Source: Eledone cirrhosa (taxonomy: Eukaryota). From it: a DNA stretch of 64,000 nucleotides. Shown here in pieces: positions 1 to 14,450 of this stretch (positions within the stretch are counted from its first letter, which is position 1; each line of letters opens with the position of its first letter). The DNA lies in the NCBI GenBank assembly GCA_964016885.1, contig OZ024741.1:304048001-304112000 (forward strand), given 5' to 3'. The notes beneath the pieces are model-generated. The model saw only the letters and a program-made list of their open reading frames with translations. It was not told the origin of the DNA and did not search any database. The position numbers and the translations under genes are program-made.

Positions 1-452
1 TCAAAATACTAGACACATACCGAGACAGTAGTGGATTGGTTTGGGTTCCTGTCAAAGGGAGAGAAAAGAGGAAGAGGAAAGAACAGAGAGAGGGGTTGAA
101 CAAGAGTGAAGAAAAACATGAAAGAAAAAAGAAAAGGAGAGGAAAAGCAAAAGCAAAGTAGAAAAAAAGAGATAGAACAGGATGATAGAAAACAACAGAA
201 GAGTGAGAGATAAATGATGCCTGCCACTCTCCTTGTCCCTCACTGAATTGGGTTTTTTTTCTTTTTTTTTCACCCCGTTCAACATCTGTGTCCTTTTTCT
301 CTCTCTCTGCTCTCCTCACTCACAAGAATTTCACCAATCAGCTACCCCAATCTCTTCATTATCCAGTCTTTAATGAGGAATCACTAGGACACCAGGGTAA
401 CTCCAGAGAAACAGGTCATTGAATCTGCCTTAATTATATATATATATATGTC

Positions 453-2440
453 ATCATTATCATTATCATCATCATCATCATCCTCATTCAACAATGATGA
501 TATATATATCATCATCATCCTTATTGTTTTTACATTCATTATTCCACACTTGCATGGGTTGGATGGGTCCTTTTCAGCACAGCCTCTCTCTACTCACCAC
601 GTTTTTTTCTTCTTAATCTCCTCTGTGAGTCTCAGCAATTTGAGGTCAGCTCTCACCACCTCTGCCCAGGTCTTTCTTGGTCTCCTACTGCGACTTCCTT
701 CCACTGGCATTTCCTGGCACTTCTTCACCCATCGCTCATCATCCATGCACATCACATGTCCGTACCAACGTAGTCTGCTCTCCTGCACTCCACTTCAGAT
801 TCCTCTTAAACCCAGTTTCTTTCTCAGTTCATCCAAGCTCTGCTTTTCTCACATTTACCTTGCACATCCAATGAAGTGTGGCTGCTTCATCTCTCTCCAG
901 TCTACGCATGTCTTCTGCAGACACTGCACATGTTTCATTACTATGCAGCATTGTACTTCACACAGACATCCTTTTGTTGTCAATTGGGAGTAGCTTTCTA
1001 AACTTCTTCCATCTTATCCTTATTCTAGCTATTATACTCTCAGAGCACCCTCTGCTGCTAATAAAGTTACCTAGATAGCAGAAGCTATCAACCACTTCTG
1101 TAGACCCTTCCTGTGACTTGAAGAGGTCTATATCACTGACACTTTTCCTCAATTACTCCTGTGCATCTTCTACATACAAAGTCTTCCTTTCCTGTTAGTC
1201 TACCCATTATCCCACTACATCTCTTGTGTACCTGAGATTCACATTGTGTACACCATATGGAGTTTATGCCTACTCCTTTTCTACATATTGAGCAGTACCA
1301 CTTCCCTGAAGGGATCAGCGTCCTATCTTCTTTCCTATTCAGTAGCACTTTGATTCCAAATTGTGTTTCCATAGACAGAACTTATTTTCCAGCTCTTTTA
1401 TGGATTCAGCTATAAGGACCAAATCATCTACATAGAGAAGTTTCCATGGACAGCCAATTTTAAACTCCTCTGTTATTTCCTGGAGGACTATGATGAACAT
1501 CAGTGAGCTAAGAACTGAACCTTGATGAGCTCCTACTTGTACCTTGAATTCTTCACTAAACTCACTTCCTACTCTCACTTTACATACTGCTCCTCTGTAC
1601 ATGGCTTTCACAGCTCTCCCAAGCCATTCTTCTGCTCCTAATTTCCTAAAGGACCACCAGATAATGGATTGAGGTACTCTGTCAAATGCCTTTTCTAGAT
1701 CAACAGTAGCTAAATACAGTGGCATGAAACTTCTGTAATTGCTTCACTAAGAAGAGGGCATCTGTAATACTTTTCCCATGCATGAAACCAAACTGCATCT
1801 CATCTAATTTGACTCTTTCCCTAATTAGCTGTGCTATGACTCTTTCTGTTACTTTCATAACTTAATCCATTAATGTTATTCCTCTGTAGTTGCTCCTTTC
1901 TAGTACATCACCTTTTCCCTTATAGCAATTTATGATTATACTGCTGCACCAGTCATTGGGTATGACTCTGTCATGTATTACCTGATTTATTATACGGGTT
2001 ACTAGTTTGACTCCTACTTCTCCTGATGCTTTTAGCCCCTCAGTAACTATCTCTGATGGTCCCACAGCTTTACCATTCTTCATCTCTTTGATTGCTTTTT
2101 TTACCCTATTTCTATCAATTTCAATAGCTGGTCCTTCTGTTGGGTAAGTTGGGGGTAGTTTCTCTTCCTCCCAGGCATTCTGTATATACATCAATCTCTC
2201 ATTGTAACATTTCCAGGCCTCTTTCTTTTAGGAATCACTGGTGCTAGGTGTACCAGTGTCATTTCTAACACATTTTTCCCAAAAATCATCTCGATTTACA
2301 TTAACACACTGCCTTGCAATGTGAAACACTTTATGTCTCTGGTCCTCACATCTGAAGACATTGGCAAACTTTCTTTTTTCAACCTCTGTCCAAGCTGTAT
2401 ATACCAGTCATCTAGCTTCTCTCTTAACTACCTGGTACTG
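453..2440 (-). mobile_element. Degenerate, 5'-truncated RTE LINE
   Basis: Frameshifted fragments (GPAIEID, DLEKAFDRV, YVDD, PHD Cys cluster, RLRWYGHV) homologous to the intact ORF; (CAT)n tail near 453-520. Confidence 0.9.
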
Positions 2441-3331
2441 GTCTCATATATATATATATACATATATGTATGTATATAAGGAGATTTATACTTCACGCCT
2501 ACTCTGTTTAACCCTTTTGATACCAACCCACCCAAAAATACTTTTAGTTCTAAAGAGTTTCTATTTAAATTAATATCTTCAAGCATAATTTAATATAAGA
2601 ACCTTTTATTTCTTTATTACAAATACCATCTTAATAATGAAATAATCAATAATTTTAGTAAATCCTTCTAAATTTGTCATTAATTAATTCAAATACAGTA
2701 GCTTGGTTTTTAGAGTAGGTCCACCATGTCTGTGCTTATCAAAGTGTTGAAACCAGGAAGGGCATCTAGCTGTAAAATATTGTCTCAAAACATCCCGTCC
2801 AACTCATACGGAAGGGTGAACATGAAAATGTTGATGGTGTATTTCATTAGAAACATAATGATGGAAAGGTTAATGTCAAGAATCACATCATTGTATTCTA
2901 ACTAGCTTGTCTCTCTATTTTTCTCAAAGATGTTATTACACATCATCAGCATATTGTGACATTAGCTTTTTTCTGTGTGTTTATATTAGAAGGTTCCTGT
3001 CATCCAGTGTGCAAAGACCATGTTGACATTCAATCTGATACTTGTCTTATTCTTTGTTAGTGTTGACCGACAAATTGACATTTTACTTGAAGAAAGATAG
3101 AAAAATATTGTATATAATTACACACACATTCACTCACATATCTATCTATCTATCTACATATATATATATGTATGTATATATATATATATATATATTAGTA
3201 GTAGTACAGATTAAAAGTTTAAGCAAAAAATTTCTGCTTTCACCCTAAGCGGGGTCATCTGAAACAACCCTTATCAAGTCCTCTTTGGATTTTTGTCTTT
3301 GTATTTATTACCAATATATATATATATATAT

Positions 3332-3905
3332 ATCATCATCATCATCATCACCGTTTTACGTCCGTTCTTCCACACTAGCATGGGTTAGACAGGTTGTCCT
3401 GTTGTGGGCAGTGTCCAGCTCATAAGGGAACTGATTCTGGCTTGATTTCTACAGCTGGATGCCTTTCCTAACGCCAACCTCATTTACAGTGAGTGGTGGG
3501 TGCTTTTTTTCCGTGGCGCCTACACGTCCACTTTACAGTGTGGGCTGGGTGCTTTTTTTGCTGTGGCACCTCCACGACCACTTTGCAGTGGGAGGGAGTG
3601 GGGTCATATTGTCTATATGCTTCAGCTTCAGCTTGTACCCATGGGAGGTCGGGTCTTCTGTATTACTGCGTGACACCAGAAGTCACGGTCGTGTGTCATC
3701 GCCTTTGAGAGGTGTAATTGGGTAAGGTCGGCTTTTATCACCTCATCCCAGGTCTTCTTGGGTATCCCACTCCGCGGTTTCCATCGACATCTAGTGCTCT
3801 GCACCTTTTTATGCAGCTGTCATCCTTCATACGCATAACCACCTCTCCTGCACACAGCATTTGATTCCTCTTATGCTCAGTCTCTCTCTCAATTCATTTA
3901 TGCTT
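3332..3905 (-). mobile_element. RTE 3' fragment (ORF end + 3' UTR)
   Basis: Very similar to 40277-40890; (CAT)n tail; gatgcc(t/c)ttcctaac 3' UTR motif. Confidence 0.85.
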
Positions 3906-4017
3906 TTATATATATATATACATATGTATGTAAAAGGTAAACAGAAATAACAACACAATCGGTAAAGTATATGGAAGGAATATGATTAACTTAATGCTTG
4001 AAATAGCAGGAAAAGGG

Positions 4018-4053
4018 TCTTAACGTTTCAGACGCTAGTCCTTCATCAGAAGA
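4018..4053 (-). ncRNA. Minimal type I hammerhead ribozyme-like motif
   Basis: Minus strand: tctt-CTGATGA-a ggac tagc gtct-GAAA-c-GTT-aaga; stem III reduced to the self-complementary ACGT. Confidence 0.55.
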
Positions 4054-4389
4054 AAGAATGAGAAATTAGAAAGATTGAAGGGACGGGCGGGGCAGAATCG
4101 GATAAAAGGTTTTTAGAGAAAAATAACAGGTCCATTCATGTTGCCATCTCTTGGAAAACTGTTGATGCCGGCGTTTTGAGTATAATATACTTTTATATAT
4201 ATATGGTTGGTGTTAGGAAGGGCATCCAGCCATAGAAAACCTTCCAGATACAGTCTTATACGAGCGAGAGATGGTCACCCGATCAATCTTGCCTCAAGTG
4301 GACAATTCCCGTCTAACCCATGCTAGCGTGGAAGATGGACATTAAACAAGGATGATGATGATATATATATATCATCATATATATATACC

Positions 4390-5642
4390 ATGATCATCAT
4401 CACCATTTTACGTCCGTTCTTCCACGCTAGCATGGATTAGAGGGGTTGTCCTGTTGTCAGCAGTGTCCAGTCGGCTGACCTTGTCTTGCTCATACAGGAA
4501 CTGATTCTGGCTTGATTTCTACAGCTGGATGCCCTTCCTAACACCAACCTCATTTACAGTGAGTGCTGGGTGCTTTTTTCCGTGGTGCCTACATGTCCAC
4601 TTTACAGTGTGGGCTGGGTGCTTTTTTGCTGTGGCACCTCCACAACCACTTTGCAGTGGGAGGGAGTGGGGGCATATTGTCTATATGCTTCAGCTTCTGC
4701 TCGTACCCGTGAGGGGTCGGGTCTTCTGTATTACTGTGTGACGCCAGAGGTCACGGTCATGTGTCAATGCCCTTTTATCACCTCATCCCAGGTCTTCTTG
4801 GGTCTCCCCACTCCGCGGTTTCCATCGACTTCTAGTGCTCTACACTTTTTTATGCAGCTGTCATCCTTCATACGCATCACATGTCCATACCAACGTAACC
4901 TCCTCTTATGCTCAGTCTCTCTCTCAATTCGTTTTTGCTTTGCCATTTGCGTATATTACTATTACACATCCGTCGGAGCATGCAGGCTTTGTTTCTTTCT
5001 AATCTACGCAAGTCTTCTACAGACAGCGCCCAGGTCTCACTACCATGTAACATTGCTGTTCGTATACACGCATCATACAGTCTGCTTTTCATTTTGAGGG
5101 AGAAGCCTTTTGCAGCTAGCAGCGGTAGTAGTTCCCTAAACTTCTTCCATCCCGTTCTTACCCTAGTTATTGTACTTTCCAAACACCCACCTCCGCTGCT
5201 AATTCGGTCACCTAGGTAGCAGAAGCTGTCTACTATTTCTACAGAGCCCTCCCAGAGTTTGGTGGTGCTTGTTTCCTGTGGTCGTTTGCCGTATGCTGTC
5301 CCAGTGCAGCTGCTACATATGAAGCCTACATTCTTAGTTAAACTTCCTGAAATCCCACTACATCTCTTGTGTACCTATTGTTTGCCTTTGGAGCAGAGGA
5401 TGGAGTTTCTACATACACCTTTCCTACATACTGAGCAAGGCCCTTTCCCTGAGGGTATCTGGGTTCTGTTTTCTCGCCTACTTACAAGAACCTTAGTCTT
5501 TGTCAGTTTGACTTTGAGTCCCTGCTTCGATGTTTGGAATTTCTTCTCTAGTTCCACCATGGATTCAGCTATAAGTGCGAGATCATCCGTATATAGGAGT
5601 TCCCATGGGCATCCGGTCTTAAACTCCTCCGTTATTGCCTGC
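4390..5642 (-). mobile_element. 5'-truncated RTE LINE
   Basis: LQAITEEFKTGCPWELLYTDD through RLRWYGHV/GRPKKTW plus 3' UTR; same family as the intact element. Confidence 0.9.
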
Positions 5643-5667
5643 AATATATATATATATATACACATAC

Positions 5668-5700
<33 letters not shown>

Positions 5701-6840
5701 GTATAAGAATAAAGGAACAAAGAAACAGTGTTGCATCATAACATATTTAATAACATATTACATGTTTCACTGTTGATCAGCTCGAGGAATGATCTATTAT
5801 TGATCGAACCTGACTCTGGAATCGAAAGATCCCCAGATATGCCTCAATATGTAAGCTCGTCTCTGGTTTTGTGTGAATATCTCCAGTACCTTGTTATGTT
5901 TACCACATTCTAACAATGTGGTATTCTGCAGACTACGCTCATAGGTTCGTTATTCATCCTAAAATCGGTTTATTTACAAAACGTCTATCCTTCATCTGGT
6001 CAAGTTGTCACATGTTATATATATATATATACACGTACATATACACATACACATCTACTATCACAATAAAGATGGTAAGCTGTGATTTGACAGTCATTAG
6101 GGTGTCAGATTTAAAATACCTTGGTATTTGTTCCTGCTCACTCTACTCTGAATTCAGATCTTTACAAGGTCAACTGCTTTTCATTCTTTTGAGATTGATA
6201 AATAAAGTACCAGTGCAATACTAGGGTCAATTCCTCCTCTCTGGAAGAAATCGGCTATGTTACAACCTGAAGATGGATGGCTTCCAAAAGGTCTAAAAGG
6301 CACCCTATGACTCCATCAAGAGTTACAGGCACTTTACTTTTTACCTGTTATCACACAGTGAAGATGCATGATTTACTGGTTAGAGTGTTCAACTCACAAT
6401 CATAAGGACATGAGTTCAAATTCCTGGTAGCATGTTATGTCCTCAAGCAAGATACTTTATTTATTGTTGCTTCACTCCATTCAACTAGAAAAGAAATGAG
6501 TTGTACCTATAATTCAAAGGGCTAGCTTCATCACACCCTGTGTCACACTGACTCACCCATAGAACTACATTAAGGGTACATGTCTGTGGAATGCTCTGCC
6601 ACTTTCATGTTAATTTCAGAGAAGGTTATTTTCTCAATTGAATCAACTGATGGAAGTTCAACACACACCACATATCTATATAAACATACTAATCATTTAA
6701 AATGTCATATGGAAGGTGTGCATGAGGACTCTGCCCCCATTACCCTCCCAGGAATAGGTGGATGAAGAAGAACATATTGATCTTTAACACTAGGTGGTTG
6801 TTTCTAATTAAACTAAGGAATTTCCACAGGGTCTGCTTGT

Positions 6841-7170
6841 ACTCTCGGATCTCGAATAATGCCCCCCACCCTCCATTAATTTTTCTGAGAGAGAGATACC
6901 TCTGATCATTAAATTTTGCTAATCTATCCCCGGTGTAATTTTATTTTAAGTGGTAACATTCCTGCAAAAATGAATTTTCTTTATACATACATGACAAAAA
7001 GTACATCACTAGAAATCCCATACGTTATAAAATAAATAGAATGGGTTGGGGTTTAATATGTAAACTAAACGACTAATTCTGGTCTTTAAAAAAATCGACG
7101 GAGACAACCTAGAAAAATTACCGATTTTCCAAACCCCCACCTCACCTCCTATTATTAAGGACCCGAGAAT
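6841..7170. mobile_element. TA-flanked MITE family with ~20-bp TIR (actctcgggtctcaaataa)
   Basis: Copies at 6841-7170, about 10620-10830 (partial), 50432-51033 (inverted, interrupted by an RTE tail at 50594-50782) and 52315-52741; shared core aatatgtaaactaaacgactaattct. Confidence 0.75.
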
Positions 7171-8143
7171 ACATTTTTATTCTTTTATTGGTTCTAGTCA
7201 TTGAACTGCGGCCACTTATTTCAGGGGTTTTAGTCAATCATATTGGCCCTAGTACTTATTTCAATCTGTTACTTATTTTATCAATTTCAATTTGTCAAAC
7301 TGCTAAGTTACAAAACATATAGAGAGATATAAAAACAGACACTGATACATACAAACATATATGTGTATACAACAGGCTTCTGTTTTGCTTCCATCTACAA
7401 AAATTCCATTCAGAAGTTATTAGTTACCCCAAGTCTATAGTAGAAGACACATGGCCAAGATTCTGATCAAATATAGAACCAAATCATTACAAAACAAACA
7501 TTTTAATGACATAGATATGTCAGTGAATATCATTTATTCAATAGTAATTGTAGTACCCAACATTGCTCATGTTAATATAAAAAACAGTGGCTCGTTCACT
7601 CTGTCACAAATGTTTCTCTTTCTTTTTCAAATTTCTATTCAACTTTTATCTCTCTACTCCCACCCGCCCCTTGCTCTTTCTTCACCAATTCGCCCTTCTC
7701 TAAATTTTTCACTCATATTCTGTTATCTATAATCTCCCTTTCTTTCTCACTCATTCTCTCATTTACAGAATGGAGAAAGAGGGAAAATTGTAAAACAAAA
7801 TGGCCAAAATCTTTTTATTTGAATACAGGAAAATAAATAGAATTGAATTTAATATAAATTACTGTTTCATGCATCAAAATAAATGTTACCATTACTTATC
7901 CAGTGGGATAAGGAACAATAATATATTTGTTTTTAGGGTGTTCATTTTCTAATTTTTTAGTACAAGTTGGGCATATACACACACAGACAGACAATCTTCA
8001 TGTATATAAATATAACGATTTTCAATCCATCTTTAGCCATTACTAAAAAGAAATAGAATTGTAATTCATTTTCAATGATAATATTACACCAATAACACTG
8101 TAATATATCTTAAATCTATTTCCAGGTATCCTGCCCAACAAAG

Positions 8144-8299
8144 ATGACAGAGTGTGCTAGCTATGTATTTGTTGCTCAACCACCAGTTACTGAAACTGGT
8201 AAAATTATTTTTGGAAAAAACTCTAACCGGCCTGAATATGAAGTTCAAGAGGTCATCTATGTTCCATACAAAGACCATAAAAAAGGAGACAAACTGTTG
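8144..8299 (+). CDS. SCRN: Secernin-family (peptidase C69-like) gene, coding exon 1 of 5
   Basis: MTECASYVFVAQPP...IIFGKNSNRP..EVQEVIY matches the secernin N-terminus. Acceptor ccag ends at 8125, implying an upstream UTR exon. Donor gtaagt at 8300, phase 0. The five exons join to 1278 nt = 425 aa + stop. Confidence 0.93.
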
Positions 8300-8383
8300 G
8301 TAAGTCAATGTATATTGTTTATGTTTGAAAACTAGACAAACCATTACCAGCTTTATTTTTTAAAGTAGAGTGAAACAATTTAA

Positions 8384-8591
8384 CCCTTTAGCATTTATAT
8401 TACTCTATATTTACTATAGTATTTTCATGATAAAGGCTTTATCTCACATAATATAGAATCTATGAGATTTTGATATTATATATTTTGAAAACCATACCTT
8501 AACATCAGTATGAGCAGCTGGTTATGGCCAGTTGGAACAGAAAGAGGTGAGAGATTTCTGGCTGGATATGGCCAGTTTAAATGCTAAAGGG
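8384..8591. mobile_element. piggyBac-like MITE, family A
   Basis: Same 14-bp TIR and internal sequence as 43673-43878, opposite orientation. Confidence 0.8.
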
Positions 8592-8754
8592 TTTAAAGAA
8601 ATATTATTTTTCTACTATGCATATAATTATCTACTGGTCTTTTGAAAATAAAGGGAAGTAATTTAAAGAAATGTTATTTCAATACTGGGCATACCAATTT
8701 CCAAGATTTTTTAAAAGGTCATTATTTCAAAACTGGACATAACTTTAGCACTGA

Positions 8755-9355
8755 AGCTGGTGGAGAAGTTCTTGGGGCGGTGTTCACGAGTGATGGAAGG
8801 AGGCTGAATTAAGTGCAAGAATTGCAGGAGCTGGTGCAGTAATGCACCAGTTTCATCATTCAGTGATCAGAAGAAGGGAGGTAGATATAAAAGCTAAACT
8901 CACTATCTTCAATTCGGTATTTATGCCAATCTGATGTTCATGTATCTTGGGTAATGACTGAAAGAATACAATCGCGAATACAAGTGGCCAAAATGGGGTT
9001 CCTCTGAAGGGTCTTTGGAGTTATGTTACTCAATAGAGTGCATAGTTCGGAGAGTCACTCCAGGTAGAACCACTACTTCTCTGACTTCAAAGAGCACAGC
9101 TCCGATACTTTGGGCTTGTGGTTAGAATGTCTCAGGAAAGAATCGCTGGACAGATTTTATGGGCAAAATCAACTGGCAGGAGACCCAGGGGTAGACCCCG
9201 AGCAAGATGGTTGGATAACATCCATGAGCTCGGATGGCCTCGCTTGGGAATCCAGTTAGATCAGTTGGAAATGGTTACTTCTGACAGGACCCACCGGAAA
9301 GAGTGTTTGAGGACTCTGCATCCATGACCATCTCAGGAATAAGTGGACAAAGAAG
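8755..9355 (+). mobile_element. Degenerate 3' part of a second RTE-type LINE family
   Basis: Translates to ...VVRMSQERIAGQILWAKSTGRRPRGRPRARWLDNI..., a typical RTE C-terminus; upstream YLG/FTSDG-like remnants contain stops. Confidence 0.75.
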
Positions 9356-12269
9356 AAAAGGGCATACTGTCAGCAACCAAAAGTAAAGTGAGAAGTATGG
9401 AGCACAAGGCTAGCAAGCTAACCTCCGTTAATCAAAATTATTACAGAAACAACAAACAAACAGATCTGTTGTTCAATGTTCCATAGGGAATAAAAGGAAC
9501 TAATGAAGATTACTTTGCAGTTGTTCAAACGTTGGATCAAATTGCTTTGCAGTATTTATTCTGGTTCTCAGTGCTCTGAGTTCAAATCTTGCTGAAGTCA
9601 ACTTTGTCTTTCATCCTTTCAGGGATGATAAAATAAAGTATCAATCTAGAGCAGTGGATTAATGGAATTATTAAAGTGTCAGATTGGATACCTTGTGATC
9701 ATCTATTGTTGCAGTTAAACCATGATGATGATATGTATGTTGTTGCTGTTGTTGAGAAGACCTATCAGCAAAGTTCACTCTGTCTTTTGTTCAGGTAGTG
9801 TAAACAGGACTACACTGACCACTGTTCTCTTATTGATACAAAATAATGTGATTTAAAGTATATTTTGCTGCTATTTCTAGAAAGACGAACGACATTGTTG
9901 ATGCTCCTTCGTTGGATTGTATGTGTATGTGTTTAGAAGTCTTAAGGGAGATAATTCCAAATTCATGCGTTACTTCCCCTATATGTCAGTATTTTTTTTT
10001 TTTTAACTTTTTGAATGGTGTGCAAAACTTGCAAAAAAGATTTGATATTCCATTGCGCTGAATAATCTAAATACTCTCGTTGTCTTTCAATAAACACCTA
10101 TAGAAATAGAAATGGTGAAAGTAATTTTTTTGCCAAAATAAATTAAAATTCTGGACATCATGCTAACGAGCGAAATTTATCTCACCTCTCAACCTGCTAG
10201 AATTAGCAGCCAATTCTCTCTGAAATCACACGTTCTACTGTCTAATAAAAGGACATATTTAACAATGTTATTCTAGACATAGTATATCTGAAAAATAAAG
10301 ACAGAAATATTACTATCAGAATGTCTCTTCATCAAAGATCTGTTCAATTAGAGTTGGTTAGTGGCTAAATAACAGCAACATATTAGGCACTCTGTTTTAT
10401 TCCAGGCATTGTTTGATTTTCATCATCGTCGATTAACGTCTATCTTCCACGCTAGCATAGGTTAGACGGGTTTGTCCCAATTAGAGGCAAGTTGGGTCGG
10501 GTGACCGCGTCTCACTCATATAGGAGAGTTTATGGCTGGTTTTCTACGGCTGGATGCCCTTCCTAACGCCAACCACACATACAGTGTATGCTGGGTGCTT
10601 TTTTATTCCCTTTCGGGCATAATTTTAATAATTACTGCATGAAAGAGTCATTTTTAAAAAAACATTATACATGACAAAAAAGAACATTACAGTTGGGATC
10701 TCAATATGTAAACTAAACGACTAATTCTATTTTTTTGTTTTAATCAAGGGAGACAACCTAGAAAAATTATCGATTTTCCAACCTCTTCCTCCGCTTACTC
10801 CTCACTCCCTATTATTTGGGACCTGAGAGTATATAGGGGTTCTTATTTATATTTAGATATCTCTAATTGGTGGATATCTCAATAGCTGAGTCTATTTATA
10901 ATATTAGTGGTATATAAGTGAAATACTAAATTTATAGTTTTGGATTTGTACATGTCTGACAACTGAGACCATTTGTTTGCAACCAAAACAATTACTGTGT
11001 TGAAAAGTTGTTTTAGCCACTTAGAACCACAGTAAAAAACAGCATGGAACTGTGTCATTGACCAACCAGGTTGAAAATTTTGACACTAGTAAATAAATAA
11101 TATATATAAAATAAAGTTAGTGATAAAAAACTCTCAGGAGAGCTGGACAGCAAAACATCTTCAAAGAAGAACCCCACTCAAGCGAGTGTTTCGCTCTTTA
11201 ATTTCTTACACTCTAAGAAGTACTGACAATATACACCATTAAGTAGTTAGCATTAGGAAAGGCATCAAGTCATATAAACCATGCCAAATTGGAACGTATG
11301 AGCATGGTGCAGTCTTTTGACATGCCTGGCCTGAAGACTTGATGAACTGTCTAAACTATGGAAGCATAGAAAATAGATTTAAAACACTGGTAATGATGAT
11401 CATGAAGATGTTGCTGAAAATCAGTTTTGTGGGAGAAGCATTCCAAATGTTTTAAGAAGGCATGCAACGTTATGGTTTAGTGGTTATGTTCATCTTGATC
11501 TTAATGTTTTGGTTTCAGTCCCCAAACTGAGCAGCACATTGTGTCATTAAGCAAAGTATTTCATTTTATATTGCTCCAGTCCACTCAACTAAAAAAAAAT
11601 GATTATTCAGCTCTGAAACAGATGGAAAATACATTTACATTGTATGTCTAAATCTAAAGTCTGTCTCAATCTAAGAGGCTATCAGGCCGGTGCTTATCCC
11701 AGATTCGTAGTGTGAAGCCACTGAGTTTACAAGATTTTCCCCTGGACAGGATGCGAGTCCATCACAGAGTTAAACCCCCATCTATTGCTGGTACTCATTT
11801 TCAGCTGAGTATACTAGAACAATGTGAAATGAAGTGTTTTACTCAAGAACACAACCAGGAATCAAACTCACGACATTACTAAGTCCAGCACCCTTACCAC
11901 TTGGCCATGCACCTCCATTATTTTATTTATTTATTTGTTAAATGTACTTGCATTTATTTGTGAGTAGTAAGGGGATATGTGTGTGTTTATTGATTTGTTA
12001 ACTTCACCCACATCTTATGTCATACTCATTACTGGGGTGGGGGAAAGGTACTAGATGTCATTGTTCCCCTATTTTTCAATGGTACATCCTCAGATTTACA
12101 CAAATTTATGGTGATATAGTTTATCCAAAATTGCACCTTAGTATTATTGCAAATTAGAGTGCCAGCCTAGAATGTTTTGAAGTCTCAAACCCCCTCAAAC
12201 ACCAAAACCTGACAATGGACCTCTCTTGTGTTGTCATGTTCTAATTTGAACCCTCAACTTTGCTTTTAG

Positions 12270-12467
<198 letters not shown>

Positions 12468-12902
12468 TAATTATTGATTATTGGCTGGATACAGTTATTA
12501 TTGACTGTGTTACTGTCGGTATTTCATGTCTGTGTTAGCAGTTGTTGTTTGTCAGGAGTTGCAATCATTAGTTAGCATCCCTTATCACTTTCCATTACCA
12601 TCATCATTATATTTATCATTGTCATCATTTACATTTTAAACATTATCATCATGATGTAATATTTTCTCTTATTGCCATCATCATTATCACCCCACACTAC
12701 AGTCATTACCATCACGATCATCTGATTTTGATATACATGGCATAGCTAATGATCTTGAGAAAATTCAAAACTTCACAGTCCAAGGTTTTATCTCTATAAA
12801 AAGAATATGTAAAAAGTTCATTATCCTAATGATCATAGATATTTTCATTTTCGTTATCATCCTTTTCTTTTCAATTTCTGATGATCCTTTCATCTTTTAT
12901 AG

Positions 12903-13117
12903 GTTAACATTAGAACGGAGTAAATGTTCACGGGAAGCAGTTGATGTCCTTACATCTCTGCTGACCACATATGGTCAAAGTGGACCCTACAGTGAAATAC
13001 CTACTTTTACTCATCCTTGTAAACACTGCTATAGTTTTCTCATAACAGACGGCTCTGAAACTTGGGTAGTTGAAACTGCAGGGAATGGTTATTTCTGGGC
13101 AGCTGCAAAAATCACAG
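12903..13117 (+). CDS. SCRN: Secernin-family gene, coding exon 3
   Basis: ag|(R)LTLERSKCSREAVDVLTSLLTTYGQSG...SFLITDGSETWVVETAGNGYFWAAAKIT|gtaaga; phase 2 to 1. Confidence 0.95.
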
Positions 13118-14186
13118 GTAAGATGCTTCATTGCTTCATTGAGCAGATGGTTATGTTGATGGATTTATTACAATTGAGTAATTTTATTACAACAAAAAAA
13201 AATTGATATTAGAAATGAAAAAGAAAAAAATACAATTAGTTTATATCTCATATCACCACCACCATTTAATGTTTCTTTTCTATGCTTGCATTGGTCAGAT
13301 GGGTTGTTACGCTATGAGATTAAACAGATCAGGTGACCATGTCTTGTGCATACGTTGTTTTGGGCTTGGTTTTCTACAGCTGGATATCCTTCCTAATGCT
13401 AATCACTTTACAGCATGTACTGGGAGCTTTTTTCGTACCACCAAAACTACCACTTTACTGGGTACTTTTTGCTGTGGCGCCAGCAAAACCAGCTTAACCC
13501 TTTATACCTTAACCTTTAATACCTGCTGTATCCTGCCAGAATTCTCTTACCTCTTTCTGTTCAAACCAGCCATAACTAGCCCCTCATACTGATGTTAAGG
13601 TATTGTTCTCAAAATAAATATCATCAAAATCTCATAGATTCAATATTATGTGAAATAGTTATGTAAGATAAAGCCTTTACTGTGAAAATACAATAGTATA
13701 TATAGAGTAATGTAAATGCTAAAGGGAGTGGACTGGCTGTTTTTTTTTTTTTTTGTGGCACCAGCACAACCACCATACAGGGTAGGCTAAGTGCTTTTTG
13801 TCATACATCTATATATTTCAGATTTGTATACATAATTTGCTAAGTGGAAATTGTGCAGACACTCACCAGATATGAATATGCATGTTTCTGTTTCCATATC
13901 TACCTTTATGATTACACTTGTCTAAAAACTGATGTTGTTCATGTTGTTTCTCATAACTTATCAGAGTGAATTGAGCAGTATACTCTTTGTGTTCTGAGTT
14001 CAAATCCTGTCATGCCCTATATGCATATTAAACTTAATCTGTTCCTGGTTTAAACACCAACTTTTGGCGCTTGGACACTTGCAGCAGAACCCACTCTGTT
14101 GCAAACATTTGGTCTTGGTTTAAGAACACTTTCCTCTCTTCTTAGCAAACTGACAACACTATTGATTCTCCTGTCAGTCGCTTAAC

Positions 14187-14450
14187 CCTTTTGTTATCAA
14201 CTCATCTGAAACCACCCTGGTTTTATGAGATAAAGTTGCATATTTTAAATTGTTTATATTTATATTAAAACACTTCATAATTTTATTTAAGAAATTTTTG
14301 TAAGTAATGTTCCAAACACTAGCTTGCTAATGAAAAATTTGGTTGTTTTATTAAATTTCTCCTATTTTTTAAAATGATTTCCACAATTAATTGAAACAAA
14401 TTAGCAGTGAATAAGTGTATTTTATTTGAAATATAGTATTGAAACTGTTA
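14187..14450. mobile_element. Older TTAA/CCC-terminated MITE, family B
   Basis: ttaacccttttg(a/t)ta(c/t)caac start shared with about 2508, 15325, 16226 and 48969, and, inverted and split by the RTE, 34590-34783 + 38285-38343. Confidence 0.6.

Noticed and set aside
448-5741. Plus-strand ORFs of 100-180 aa (448-993, 4570-5097, 5259-5741)
   Set aside because: Antisense readings of minus-strand RTE fragments.
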